Shown here: positions 39,543 through 48,760 of the stretch, piece by piece
Layout of the letters: each line of letters opens with the position of its first letter
Position numbering within the stretch: position 1 is the first letter of the stretch
Source: a virus
Lineage: Duplodnaviria > Caudoviricetes
DNA: 59,663 nt
Reading direction: 5' to 3' (one strand)
IMG/VR virus record: IMGVR_UViG_3300031949_000041
Coordinates: 1 to 59,663 of that record
The notes under the pieces: generated by a model
Told to the model about the DNA's origin: nothing
Databases searched by the model: none
The model's input: only the letters and a program-made list of their open reading frames with translations
Program-made: the position numbers and the translations under genes

Positions 39543-40162
39543 TTAATTTTCACGACGAAAACGACCTCACGTGGTATTTTTCGGCCGGCATCGCCGAGTT
39601 CGAGCGTTCGCCATTCGGTTCCATCCTGGATCGGCAAGCGTTGTTTGCTTTTGGTTCGATGCCATGCAAAGACTGCGATGGTATGGGGCTCATCGGGATC
39701 AATGATTGTCGTCCATGTAAAGGCGCTGGTCTGATCAAGACACGCCGGCATTGGAACGGGCAACTGACAGCAAAGCCCAAGGCCATCAAACCACAAGAAA
39801 GCGGCTACATACCAGAGCACAAAGTGCTGACTCGGTTTGCTCACATCAGCCGTCAACTTGGGCGACTCACGCAAACTGAATATCGTTCGTTCGCTGCGTT
39901 TTATGGCGACATGGGAGCGCGTTGGTTACGCTCGGACAAAGGCCGCATTTTTGCGTTGTACGGCCTGACGTCGAGCGGTGTGCAATTGCTGACGTCGTAC
40001 AGCGTCGAGTCTGAACAACACCTGCGCATCGACGACAAAATCGCTGTGCTGCTGAAGCTCGACATGGTGAAGCCAATCGCGGAACGTACGACGTTGATCC
40101 GATCAATGGACGACGAAGCGCGCAATCTCTTCTCTCGAGCTGCGAAGGCGTGGCAAGCATGA
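39539..40162 (+). CDS. Zn-finger protein, possibly a Q-like late regulator
   Basis: CKDCDGMG...CRPCKGAG; position after RuvC. Confidence 0.45.
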   Translation: MINFHDENDLTWYFSAGIAEFERSPFGSILDRQALFAFGSMPCKDCDGMGLIGINDCRPCKGAGLIKTRRHWNGQLTAKPKAIKPQESGYIPEHKVLTRFAHISRQLGRLTQTEYRSFAAFYGDMGARWLRSDKGRIFALYGLTSSGVQLLTSYSVESEQHLRIDDKIAVLLKLDMVKPIAERTTLIRSMDDEARNLFSRAAKAWQA

Positions 40163-40392
40163 GGTTTTATTTCACCATGACCGAGATCGCCGACATGCTC
40201 GGGTGGCGCACCGAACGAGCGCGCAATTGGTTGAAGCGTTCAAACGCCGTTGTAAAGCGGAATGGCCGATGGGTTACGACGCGTCGTTTGTTGCTTGCGA
40301 CGTTTCCCGAAATACTCGACGAACTGACGCTCTACAATAAGCCCGACCCCGCAAGACACCATCCCGTTGACCCGAGGCGTCCAGCAGGTTAA
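40159..40392 (+). CDS. HTH DNA-binding protein
   Basis: TMTEIADMLGWRTERARNWL. Confidence 0.65.
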   Translation: MRFYFTMTEIADMLGWRTERARNWLKRSNAVVKRNGRWVTTRRLLLATFPEILDELTLYNKPDPARHHPVDPRRPAG

Positions 40393-40395
40393 ATT
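40367..40395 (+). promoter_or_regulatory. Candidate promoter
   Basis: TTGACC-17-TAAATT, 9 nt before the ATG at 40405. Confidence 0.5.
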
Positions 40396-40404
40396 AGTCA
40401 GCAG

Positions 40405-40608
40405 ATGAATCGTCTGTCACACCGGATCGCGTTGCGTGACTCGGCTGCGCTGGAGCAGATCGCGCAAGCCGTGCGTGCAACGGGTTCGCTCAATGGGGCG
40501 GCGAAATTGTTGAATGTGTCTCGTCGGTCACTGTGCCGATGGCAGATTCTTTGGCCCGAATTGTATCAGGCCATCGAAACCGCACGCAAAGTGGCAAAAG
40601 CCGCCTAG
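40405..40608 (+). CDS. Fis-type HTH protein
   Basis: GSLNGAAKLLNVSRRSLCRW. Confidence 0.7.
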   Translation: MNRLSHRIALRDSAALEQIAQAVRATGSLNGAAKLLNVSRRSLCRWQILWPELYQAIETARKVAKAA

Positions 40609-40623
40609 ACGGGAAACCGACGA

Positions 40624-41442
40624 ATGTTGAAGACGCTCGCCGCGTTGATTCTTGCGCAAATGGTGCTACATAAGCCACCTGGCAACAGCCCATATAGCTT
40701 CGAGGCGGTTCCTGGGTGTGGCAGCGATCCTCTGCACGCGACGTGCGACGCGACGAGGCCGGTCTGCGATCGCAAGGGCGACTTCCGCTGCGCCCCGCCG
40801 CGCTGGTCGGAGAGCAGGCAGGCATGGGTGAAGGTCGAGACGCGCGAGGCTGGGCTGAAGCGTTACGCTGCGCTGGCCGAGGACGGCGCTGCGGTGATCC
40901 ATCGCATCACGCGCTGCACCGACGAGTGGGGAGTCGCCGACGAGAGTTGCGAGCGCGCAAAGTGGTGGCGCGGTGGCGAAGATTTGGGGTTCGTGTTCGC
41001 CACGCTCGGCATCTTCGAAGCCGGGCTTGCCGAGGGACCACAGGGCGGGCACCCGCCTCTCGGCATCGGTGCCGATGGCGAGGTCTGCATGTTGGGGATC
41101 ATGCCCGAGTACGCCCCGCCATACGCCATGTGGTTACCGAAGAAAGAACGCGAAGAGTTGACCAAAACCACGCGCGCAGAGAAACGAGCGTGGGCGATGC
41201 GCGAGCTGCACGGGCAGGCAAACATTCGGCACTGCATCGAGGTGAGCCTGCGCGAGGTCGTGACAGCGCGGCGGCGCTGCACTGGCGACACCGGCATGTT
41301 CTCCAGCTATGCATCGGGCAGTTGCATTACGAGCGCCAAGACGGTACCGATGCGCGTCTCACTTTTGAACAAAATGCGCGCCACGAAACCGATCATGCCG
41401 GGATGGGCAACGTCCATGCTGTCACCCACCGACACAGATTAG
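40624..41442 (+). CDS. Cys-rich exported protein, possibly lysozyme/transglycosylase-like
   Basis: Hydrophobic N-terminus; IFEAGL...GEVCMLGIMP...SSYASG. Confidence 0.4.
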   Translation: MLKTLAALILAQMVLHKPPGNSPYSFEAVPGCGSDPLHATCDATRPVCDRKGDFRCAPPRWSESRQAWVKVETREAGLKRYAALAEDGAAVIHRITRCTDEWGVADESCERAKWWRGGEDLGFVFATLGIFEAGLAEGPQGGHPPLGIGADGEVCMLGIMPEYAPPYAMWLPKKEREELTKTTRAEKRAWAMRELHGQANIRHCIEVSLREVVTARRRCTGDTGMFSSYASGSCITSAKTVPMRVSLLNKMRATKPIMPGWATSMLSPTDTD

Positions 41443-41681
41443 ATGATTTTGTCGCGGTCGATGATCGGCACAGTCGGCTTTGTGCTGTCATCGAGCGACC
41501 ACACGCGCGTATCAAGACCACCGTCCTCACAGCGCACTTCGGCACAAAATTGTGACTCGCCGAGGTCCGTACCATGTCGGACGACGCGGGTAAACGTCGT
41601 CAACACTTCGTACCAGACGACACCGTCGCGACCAACGAGGTCGCCTTGCACGAGCTTTTCTGGTGACTTGACGATCAACAT
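41439..41681 (-). CDS. Hypothetical protein
   Basis: AGGAG RBS; 80 aa. Confidence 0.55.
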   Translation of the reverse strand: MLIVKSPEKLVQGDLVGRDGVVWYEVLTTFTRVVRHGTDLGESQFCAEVRCEDGGLDTRVWSLDDSTKPTVPIIDRDKII

Positions 41682-42056
41682 TTACGACGTCTCCTTTTCT
41701 GGCATGCAATCGGGGCAGAACCAACAGACCATTCCATCGTCGAACGTGCATGGTGCGCAGTAAGAATTCCGCTCGTCGCACGCGTCGCAATCAAGCCAAC
41801 CTTCGACGGTAGCCTGCTCGACCGCGTCAGCGGCGCAGAGCCACGCGCGCTTGTGTTCGCCGGCCGTCTGCCACGAATGCCAAACGCCACACGTCACCGA
41901 CGCGAACAACGTCCCAAGTGCGAACGCGAACGCGCCGAGCGACTGACGACAGTTTGAATGGCCGCAATCAAGACGCGCGTCGCGTGGCCCGTCGCAAATT
42001 GGGCACCATTCGATGTTGCGGTTGATCCGATTAATGTGCAGACGGCCGGCGCTCAT
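41682..42056 (-). CDS. Cys-rich hypothetical protein
   Basis: Several CxxC motifs; ATGA coupling. Confidence 0.55.
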   Translation of the reverse strand: MSAGRLHINRINRNIEWCPICDGPRDARLDCGHSNCRQSLGAFAFALGTLFASVTCGVWHSWQTAGEHKRAWLCAADAVEQATVEGWLDCDACDERNSYCAPCTFDDGMVCWFCPDCMPEKETS

Positions 42057-42277
42057 GGCATCACCGCGACGCGACTGGCACAGAACGCACGTGCCAAGAT
42101 CAACACCTGACGACGTGCCGCGCCGAAGTTGGAATGGTGTATCCACACGATTTGGGGCTCGAGCCCGTTCGCGCGACCGAGTCTGGTGGGGAACACTTCG
42201 AATCCCCACGAACCGAACCCGCGGGGCAGATGTCCGTGCGAGCTGACGAACTCAAAACTGACGATTTCGATTGCCAT
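42053..42277 (-). CDS. Hypothetical protein
   Basis: GAGGAAGG RBS; HG..PRG.GSWGF. Confidence 0.6.
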   Translation of the reverse strand: MAIEIVSFEFVSSHGHLPRGFGSWGFEVFPTRLGRANGLEPQIVWIHHSNFGAARRQVLILARAFCASRVAVMP

Positions 42278-42294
42278 TGTGCCTTCCTCTTTGT

Positions 42295-42460
42295 TCAACA
42301 CCAGAGACCGAACGACGAAACTCGTGTTGTTGGTTCCCTTGGCCGTCCTTTTAGGGGATCGTTTCCCGGGCAACACGAGGATCTTATTCGTCGTTCGGTC
42401 TCCGTCGTTGATTCTTCTGACGCCTCAACCCCGTGACCCTTGCGGATCTACGAGGCGTGA
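42295..42460 (-). ncRNA. Long intergenic stem-loop plus a second hairpin
   Basis: 42304-42319 pairs perfectly with 42387-42402; 42321-42329 pairs with 42371-42379; ACGCCTC/GAGGCGT. Confidence 0.6.
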
Positions 42461-42477
42461 CGTGTTCGTGTCGTCGG

Positions 42478-42750
42478 TTACGGGCTACTGCCGTAACGCG
42501 CATGACGATAACGAACGTCGCTGGCGCGTGCGGTGTCCGAGACGAAGCTGACCAGCGCCATTATAGCCGATTTCGCGTTATCGCGTGAGCAGCCAGTATG
42601 CCCGCCGCAGCTCGCGTACCACGCTGCGTCGCTGTAACAGAATCGCAGCTCGACGTCGGCTCCTTCGAATTTGCGTTCTTCGATGATGCTCACCTTTTCG
42701 GCCGCCTCCTGCATGAGGCTCATCATCTGGCGGGTCTCGTCGTTGGTCAT
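42478..42750 (-). CDS. Hypothetical early protein
   Basis: AGGAGA RBS; first gene after the leftward promoter. Confidence 0.65.
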   Translation of the reverse strand: MTNDETRQMMSLMQEAAEKVSIIEERKFEGADVELRFCYSDAAWYASCGGHTGCSRDNAKSAIMALVSFVSDTARASDVRYRHARYGSSP

Positions 42751-42758
42751 GGTTGATT

Positions 42759-42847
42759 TCTCCTGACAGCTTAGCCCCGCGTCCTCTTTCGAGAACCGCG
42801 GGGCGAAGGCTGCCGGCGATTGTTGACTGATGTCCGGTTTCAGGAGA
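42759..42847 (-). ncRNA. Structured 5' leader that sequesters the RBS
   Basis: TCTCCTGA/TCAGGAGA closing stem; GCCCCGCG/CGCGGGGC stem; CTC-GAAA-GAG loop on the minus strand. Confidence 0.6.
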
Positions 42848-42902
42848 CCCGCTGTGTTCCGCGCGCCACGCTCGATTTGGCGTCAACCTGCCCGCCGTAC
42901 AC

Positions 42903-42937
42903 CACAAATTTAACACAGTTCCCGGCCGTGTCAAGTA
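42903..42937 (-). promoter_or_regulatory. Leftward early promoter
   Basis: TTGACA-16-TAAATT with extended TG on the minus strand. Confidence 0.75.
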
Positions 42938-43000
42938 TGGCAATATATTAGAGCCACGCGGCAGCCTCGGAAGGCTTTGTCAGTGACCATATACGTGACG

Positions 43001-43035
43001 TACTTGACACGCTCCGCGGCTGTGTTAAATTTGTG
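43001..43035 (+). promoter_or_regulatory. Rightward early promoter
   Basis: TTGACA-16-TAAATT with extended TG; inverted copy of 42903-42937. Confidence 0.75.
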
Positions 43036-43053
43036 GGTGGAGGTAAGACACAC

Positions 43054-43452
43054 ATGACGACGACACACGCATCAGGCCACCCGAGCAGCCTTCCCGAGAT
43101 CGCAGACTTTCGTAACACCGACGGTAGCTACGTGACGCTGTCTGGTCCGGAGAAAATGACGTGGGGTAAGCCGCGCCGCGTGCGCAACACGTACGCCGTG
43201 CGTTACGGCGTAAAGGACGGTTGCGCTTACGGCGGTTGCGGTCTTCACAAGACGCTTGCCGACGGTTGGGATAGCTTCAACTGCGCCGTTGTCAAAGCGC
43301 GTGAGTTGGCCTCCGTTGTTGCGCTCGAGTCTGCGGTTCGCGCTCTCTGTCCGCCGGTCTGCGCGAGTTGCGGACGCGATGACGGATTCGCCGGCTGTGA
43401 GGAATGCGCCGACCACGATCACGGTCCGTCCAACACAACGGTGTCGTCGTGA
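43054..43452 (+). CDS. Hypothetical early protein
   Basis: GGAGGT RBS; C-terminal CASC...CEEC. Confidence 0.65.
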   Translation: MTTTHASGHPSSLPEIADFRNTDGSYVTLSGPEKMTWGKPRRVRNTYAVRYGVKDGCAYGGCGLHKTLADGWDSFNCAVVKARELASVVALESAVRALCPPVCASCGRDDGFAGCEECADHDHGPSNTTVSS

Positions 43453-43700
43453 TCTCACGTCGCATGATTCGTGAGGTCGAGCAGCAGACCGGCGCGTGGT
43501 GCGCTGGTCTCGGATTGATGCTCGGCGCCGTCGTGTCTGGTGACTGGCACGACGCGCAGTGCACACACTCGTCGATGACGTCGTGCGAACGCGAGGTTGC
43601 TCGAAACCGCAAAAACCTGAAGCGCAACCGCCGAGCGCGTGAACGTTCTGCTGCACTGCGCAGTCTCGGCATGGTTCGCACACCATACGGATGGGAGTGA
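43449..43700 (+). CDS. Hypothetical protein
   Basis: GTGA coupling; ends ALRSLGMVRTPYGWE. Confidence 0.55.
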   Translation: MISRRMIREVEQQTGAWCAGLGLMLGAVVSGDWHDAQCTHSSMTSCEREVARNRKNLKRNRRARERSAALRSLGMVRTPYGWE

Positions 43701-43704
43701 CACC

Positions 43705-43902
43705 ATGATCAACGATTCGCTCAAGGGCTTCAATGTCGTGCGCGTCAACGGCGTACGACGTCGCGGCATGTGGCACGTCACAATTACGCAGATCGTATCC
43801 GGTCTGCGCAACAATTCGACGCACCGAGCCGTCACCGGGTACGGCACCAGCATCGAACAAGCTACGAAGAACGCTGCAACGCAACTCATCGCCGTTAACT
43901 GA
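43705..43902 (+). CDS. Hypothetical protein
   Basis: GGGAG RBS; 65 aa. Confidence 0.55.
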   Translation: MINDSLKGFNVVRVNGVRRRGMWHVTITQIVSGLRNNSTHRAVTGYGTSIEQATKNAATQLIAVN

Positions 43903-43916
43903 AGGAGATCTGACCA

Positions 43917-45695
43917 ATGAACACGAACCTGACCCCCGGCAACGATCGCAAGCCCAAGCCCGCAACGCATCCCACGGGCAAACCGTGGCGTGCCCAGCTC
44001 AACGGAGTGACAGCATGGTTTTCGGCCGAAGATCTCGACCAGCTCGATGCGTTCGTCGAGGAAAACGGTGGAGGCGTGCCACAGCTCGACAACATGCGAC
44101 TCGTGCCCGACGCTCCACCGTACGTGGATCTAAACGGCTCGGTCGAAGCACCCAATGGTACCGGTTCTGTCGATTTATTTGTATTGATCGACACGCAACC
44201 CGCGCCGTTGTCACCTGCCGTTACCGCAGCCGGCGAGGAAGGCGTACCGCCCGAGCACCAGATCATCGACGACGCACCGGTCACGCCGCGTTCGCCAGAT
44301 CCGGTTTCTGTTGGTTCGCATGACGAATTCGGTGCGGCTCGCGCACAGGCCGATCACGACGCTGCCAAGGAAGCCGGGTTCGCACTCGAGCGTCCGCTGT
44401 TCCGCATTGGCACCCGCGCCACCGGGATGGAAAAGTGGAAAGGCGAATTCGACGCGCTTCCCATGACAGACCGCGCATGCACCGAGTTGCAGGCCGAAAT
44501 CACCAGCGAATGCCGTATGGACCAGATGATCTCCGTGACGGACCTCGCGATGCAGGTCAATGGCGACATGGTCGTCGGCAGTGGTGACGCTGTTTGTGAT
44601 CAAGTTCTCGCGCTCGATCCGCTTGCCATGACGGGCTTGTGCCTCGCGGCACAGATTCCGTCGGGCGCGCGATATCTGCGCGGGTGCTGGCCCGAATTGC
44701 GTGCACAGAACGTCAACGAATGGCTCGGTAAGTTGCGTGGCTCCGAAACGGCGAAAGCGTCTGTTGCCACCGACGACAAGCCGTTCACGCCGCGCCAGTA
44801 CATCATGCGGACACGCAACAGCAAGCGGCCCGAAATGCCGCGCGAGTTGTGGGCCATGGTGTCGGAACAGTACACCGAGTTCGACACCAACAAGATCGCT
44901 GCAGCTATCGCGGCGGCAGCTCCTCCCGGCTCGCGTTGCGAAATCGATTACAACGGCCACGATGCGCGCTTCGACGTCGTGATGTTCACCAACGTGGACG
45001 TCAAGGACGTGGTCGCAGGAGAGGTCTTCAAAGCTGCTGCCGTCGTGCGCACCGCCGATGATGGCTCGGGTGGCGTGCAGGTGGACAGCTGCCTGTGGCA
45101 AAACAAATGCCTCAATTTCATCATCGTACAGGTGGCCAAGCAGCCCATCTCTCGCATCCGTCACGTTGGTGACGCTGGCAAACTCGTGACGGCATTCGCC
45201 GACGCATTCGCCGAGTCGATTCGTCGGCTGTCGCATTTCTCATCGGCATGGGGTTACGCGGTCAACGAAGACGCGGCAGCTCGTGCGTTGGCTGCAGCTC
45301 GTGCAGCGGGTGCGGCAGAAGAGAGCGAATTCGAGCGGCTCTCCAAGATGCCGGCGTCGCAAGTGTTGCCAGGAATCTTCTTCGGCATCGCACAGCGCCA
45401 ACTCGTGCCGCTGCCCCGTGGTACGGCGGCCAAGCAGACGGTGACGGACCTCATTCGGATGTACAACTCCGACGACGCGTTGCCAGGTTTGCGCGCTCGC
45501 GAGACCGGGACCATCAACCGCGCTGCCGTGGTAAACGCCATCACGCGCTACGCGCACGAGGTCAACACCGACCCGTGGAAGCGCGGCAAGATCGAATCGG
45601 CTGCCGGTTCGTTGCTGTTTGGTCGCTCGGTGACGGCAATACCGGCGCCCTTGCCGTGGGAGCCCACGCCGTTCGTGGTCGAAGTCGCTGCGTGA
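43917..45695 (+). CDS. DUF932/DUF945-like protein with N-terminal extension
   Basis: AMVSEQYTEFD, DDGSGG, KCLN, IRHVG, VVNAITRYAH. Confidence 0.7.
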   Translation: MNTNLTPGNDRKPKPATHPTGKPWRAQLNGVTAWFSAEDLDQLDAFVEENGGGVPQLDNMRLVPDAPPYVDLNGSVEAPNGTGSVDLFVLIDTQPAPLSPAVTAAGEEGVPPEHQIIDDAPVTPRSPDPVSVGSHDEFGAARAQADHDAAKEAGFALERPLFRIGTRATGMEKWKGEFDALPMTDRACTELQAEITSECRMDQMISVTDLAMQVNGDMVVGSGDAVCDQVLALDPLAMTGLCLAAQIPSGARYLRGCWPELRAQNVNEWLGKLRGSETAKASVATDDKPFTPRQYIMRTRNSKRPEMPRELWAMVSEQYTEFDTNKIAAAIAAAAPPGSRCEIDYNGHDARFDVVMFTNVDVKDVVAGEVFKAAAVVRTADDGSGGVQVDSCLWQNKCLNFIIVQVAKQPISRIRHVGDAGKLVTAFADAFAESIRRLSHFSSAWGYAVNEDAAARALAAARAAGAAEESEFERLSKMPASQVLPGIFFGIAQRQLVPLPRGTAAKQTVTDLIRMYNSDDALPGLRARETGTINRAAVVNAITRYAHEVNTDPWKRGKIESAAGSLLFGRSVTAIPAPLPWEPTPFVVEVAA

Positions 45696-45702
45696 CGATA
45701 AC

Positions 45703-45734
45703 GCAGGGCCGGTGCCAATACGGGCCGGCCCTGC
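45703..45734 (+). terminator. Intergenic GC hairpin (no U-tract)
   Basis: GCAGGGCCGG pairs with CCGGCCCTGC. Confidence 0.35.
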
Positions 45735-45758
45735 TCAACCCCTTTGGAGGAAAGCACC

Positions 45759-46514
45759 ATGGAGACTAACCAAGCTGTAATTGACAAAATCATCAAGCTG
45801 CTCGCGCTCGCCGAAGGCGAAGGTGCGAACCCAAACGAAGCCGCCGTGGCCGCTGCACGCGCGGCCGAGTTGCTCGAGCGTCACAAGCTCGACCGTGCAG
45901 ACATCGAAGCTTCGTCGCAAGAACCAGACGAAGACGTCACAGACGGAGGCGAATTGCCCGGCGTTGGTGGGACACGCATTCCGAAGTGGTGCGGGCTGCT
46001 CGCTTCGAGTATTGCGGCAGCCAATGGCTGCAAGCTTTTGTACTGGTCACGCCAGCACCGCGTGACCAAGAAGTGGGGCCGGTACATCGTCATCATCGGT
46101 CGTCCGAGCGACGTCGCTGTCGTGAAGTATATCCACACGTACGTTGCACGCGAGATCGACCGGCTGCGCGCTGAAGCCAAAGATCGTGGCGAAATCTACG
46201 GCGACCTACAAAGTAACAATTTCCGGTGTGGCGCCGTCGATGCTGTGCGCATGAAACTCAACGAGGCGAAACGCGAAACGCGCGAACAATTCCGACGCGA
46301 GGGTGGTAGCTCGAACGCCATCGTGCTCGTGAAACAGCGCGACGCCAAAGTCGATTTGTGGATGCACAACAAATTCCCCAAACTCCGTGGCGGTCAGTCG
46401 TGGGGCGGCAGTCACGACCACGATGCATACGCCGCCGGCAAGCGCGCAGGCGCGACGATCTCGATGAATCGTGGTCTCGAAGGCAAACCCATCAAGGCGC
46501 TGAAAGGCGGATGA
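45759..46514 (+). CDS. DUF2786-family protein
   Basis: IDKIIKLLALAE...NPNEAAVAAARAAELLERHKL; AYAAGKRAG. Confidence 0.8.
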   Translation: METNQAVIDKIIKLLALAEGEGANPNEAAVAAARAAELLERHKLDRADIEASSQEPDEDVTDGGELPGVGGTRIPKWCGLLASSIAAANGCKLLYWSRQHRVTKKWGRYIVIIGRPSDVAVVKYIHTYVAREIDRLRAEAKDRGEIYGDLQSNNFRCGAVDAVRMKLNEAKRETREQFRREGGSSNAIVLVKQRDAKVDLWMHNKFPKLRGGQSWGGSHDHDAYAAGKRAGATISMNRGLEGKPIKALKGG

Positions 46515-46517
46515 CCA

Positions 46518-46844
46518 ATGCGAACGATGACTGATCACGGGTGCACGCTCGACCCGCGCGACATCAAAGCGTGCAACGAACTCGTACCAGAGCATCTGCG
46601 CGAAGCGGTGTTGTCGTACGTCCAAGAAGCTCATCCCGTTGGCGATTTCCTTCGGGCCGTCATCAGCAATGATTTGTTCGATGCCGTCGCGCGAGCAGAT
46701 GAGCAGTCCCTCGCCGGCCTACGTTGTCTGTGTCAGTGGTTTTACAATTACACGCCACGATCATGCTATGGGAGTCGTGACCGGTATAGGACGTGGCTCG
46801 AACCCCGTGTCGATGACGAAGACCCCGACGAGATCGGGTTCTGA
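46518..46844 (+). CDS. Conserved phage hypothetical protein
   Basis: GDFLRAVISNDLFDAVARAD...P.SCYGS. Confidence 0.7.
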   Translation: MRTMTDHGCTLDPRDIKACNELVPEHLREAVLSYVQEAHPVGDFLRAVISNDLFDAVARADEQSLAGLRCLCQWFYNYTPRSCYGSRDRYRTWLEPRVDDEDPDEIGF

Positions 46845-46846
46845 CG

Positions 46847-47002
46847 ATGACTTCCAAACCGATGAAACGGCGCCGTAAGCCGCGGAACGATTACGTCCCG
46901 ACGGATTACGCTCTCATCAACGCGGTACGCGAGGTCTGCGGGCTCGACCCACTAAAGATCATCCGTCGCAATCGCACCTGGACACCGCCTGTCATTAGAT
47001 GA
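46847..47002 (+). CDS. 51-aa basic protein
   Basis: Own translation containing INAVREVCGLDPL. Confidence 0.4.
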   Translation: MTSKPMKRRRKPRNDYVPTDYALINAVREVCGLDPLKIIRRNRTWTPPVIR

Positions 47003-47003
47003 C

Positions 47004-47033
47004 TTGACTGACATATTAGATCGTAGTTAAACT
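47004..47033 (+). promoter_or_regulatory. Candidate promoter for the recombination and nucleotide-modification genes
   Basis: TTGACT-18-TAAACT in an AT-rich gap. Confidence 0.5.
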
Positions 47034-47057
47034 CTCGGCTGGAGGAAGGCAAGACCC

Positions 47058-47960
47058 ATGACGACCACTGCATTAGCTGTCCCGGTTGCAGAGCTGGCGC
47101 GGCTCGAATTTTCGCAGGAGCAGCGCGGGCTCATCAAGCGCATGTACGCTGCAGGCGCAAGTGATGCAGAATTTTCCGCATTGATGGAGGTCGCAGCAAT
47201 CCGGCGGCTCAATCCGTTTTTGCGGCAGATCTATTTTCGCAAGGACCTCAAGTCCAACACGTGGATTTGTATGGTCGGTATCGACGGATTCCGGTCCATC
47301 GCCGAAGACTCCGGCACGTATGATGGGCAAGACGAACCAGAATTCACCTACGCGCAAGACGGCAAACAGATTGTCTGTTGCAAGCTGCGCGTGCACCGCA
47401 AGGGGATCTCGCGCCCGTTCATCGGCATTGCGCATTACGACGAGTATGTGCAGCGAACGAAGGAAGGCCAAATCACGGTCTTCTGGAAGAAACCACACGT
47501 CATGCTCGCGAAGTGTGCCGAAGCACTCGCGATGCGCAAGGCTTTCCCGCAGCGGCTCTCTGGTTTATACGCTCCAGAAGAGATCGGCCATACCGTCGAG
47601 ACGACTGGTACCGAACGCAAGACCAAACCGAAGACCGATGAAGACGGTTACGCCGAGGAATTGTTCCAACGCATTGCCGGAACGAATGCGGCGTTCGAAC
47701 TCGAGAATCTACTCGCCGAGATTCTCGCCACCAAAGGCACCGGCAAACTCACCAAGAAAGAAGTTACCGAGTTGCTCGAAGGCATCGACGCGCGCAGCGC
47801 CGATCTCAAGAAGAACCCTGCACCGGTCAACGACGAAGAAAACCGACGGCGTGAACAAGCTGCGCACAGCGATGACGATCGTGCTCGCGAGGAACGTGAA
47901 GAACGCGAACTGATGGGGCACGACGACGGACCGCCAGACAGTACGCCGGGTGCGTCGTGA
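47058..47960 (+). CDS. bet: Bet/RecT single-strand annealing protein
   Basis: LNPFLRQIY, GIDGFRSIA, WKKPHVMLAKCAEALAMRKAFP..LSGLY..EE. Confidence 0.9.
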   Translation: MTTTALAVPVAELARLEFSQEQRGLIKRMYAAGASDAEFSALMEVAAIRRLNPFLRQIYFRKDLKSNTWICMVGIDGFRSIAEDSGTYDGQDEPEFTYAQDGKQIVCCKLRVHRKGISRPFIGIAHYDEYVQRTKEGQITVFWKKPHVMLAKCAEALAMRKAFPQRLSGLYAPEEIGHTVETTGTERKTKPKTDEDGYAEELFQRIAGTNAAFELENLLAEILATKGTGKLTKKEVTELLEGIDARSADLKKNPAPVNDEENRRREQAAHSDDDRAREEREERELMGHDDGPPDSTPGAS

Positions 47961-48619
47961 GTGCCATTCGAACTGGTGGTGGCCGTCCCGACGGTTATTA
48001 CTTGAAAGACGGTAAGCGCGTGCCGGGCGTCACAACGGTGCTCAAGTATAAAGACGTCGGCGGCTTGCTGAAGTGGGCCTGGAAATGCGGACGCGACAAC
48101 ATCGACATAGACAAGGCGCGCGACACGGCAGCAGACGCCGGCCATCTTGCGCATCAATGGATCGACGACGAAATCCACGACAGGCCGCTCGCTGATAGTC
48201 CGTTACCACAAGAGACACACGACAAGGCACGATCCGCATATGAAGCGTTCCTACGCTGGCGTGATGGCAACAAGCTCGAAATCATCGAAACCGAATCACC
48301 ATTGGTATCAGAACAACATCGATTCGGCGGTACGTTCGACGCGCTCGCACGCGCCAGCGGCCGTCTGATCTTGCTCGACTGGAAATCGTCGAACGGCGTC
48401 TACCCCGAGTATTTGTGCCAACTCGGCGGATACGACATTCTCGTCGAAGAACATCGGTCGCTCGTCGAAGGTGCAGAGCTGCTGCGGTTTGGCAAAGAAG
48501 AAGCAGACTTCCACCATCATTCGTTTACTCGTGCGATTCTTGATGTTGGGCGTCGCGGGTTCATCTTGCAGCGTGAGTTGTACGACATCAACGCTCGTCT
48601 CGGTAAAGTGGTAAAGTGA
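47957..48619 (+). CDS. PD-(D/E)XK exonuclease
   Basis: PGVTTVL, GGTFDA, LLDWKSS, QLGGY; coupled to bet. Confidence 0.85.
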   Translation: MSAIRTGGGRPDGYYLKDGKRVPGVTTVLKYKDVGGLLKWAWKCGRDNIDIDKARDTAADAGHLAHQWIDDEIHDRPLADSPLPQETHDKARSAYEAFLRWRDGNKLEIIETESPLVSEQHRFGGTFDALARASGRLILLDWKSSNGVYPEYLCQLGGYDILVEEHRSLVEGAELLRFGKEEADFHHHSFTRAILDVGRRGFILQRELYDINARLGKVVK

Positions 48620-48760
48620 TGCGACACGCTTTTGTTCCGCTGACGCAAGATGAACTGGTCGCAGTGTGTGGCCGCAAGGTCTTGTGGGTCTTGCTTGGAA
48701 TGCTCGCGACGCTCAACAAACTTGTTGTCGAAACGATGCCGTTCACGGGAACCCAAAGCA

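Noticed and set aside
42759-42847. tRNA or hammerhead ribozyme
   Set aside because: No T-loop or cloverleaf; CTGATGT does not match the CUGANGA core in the right stem context
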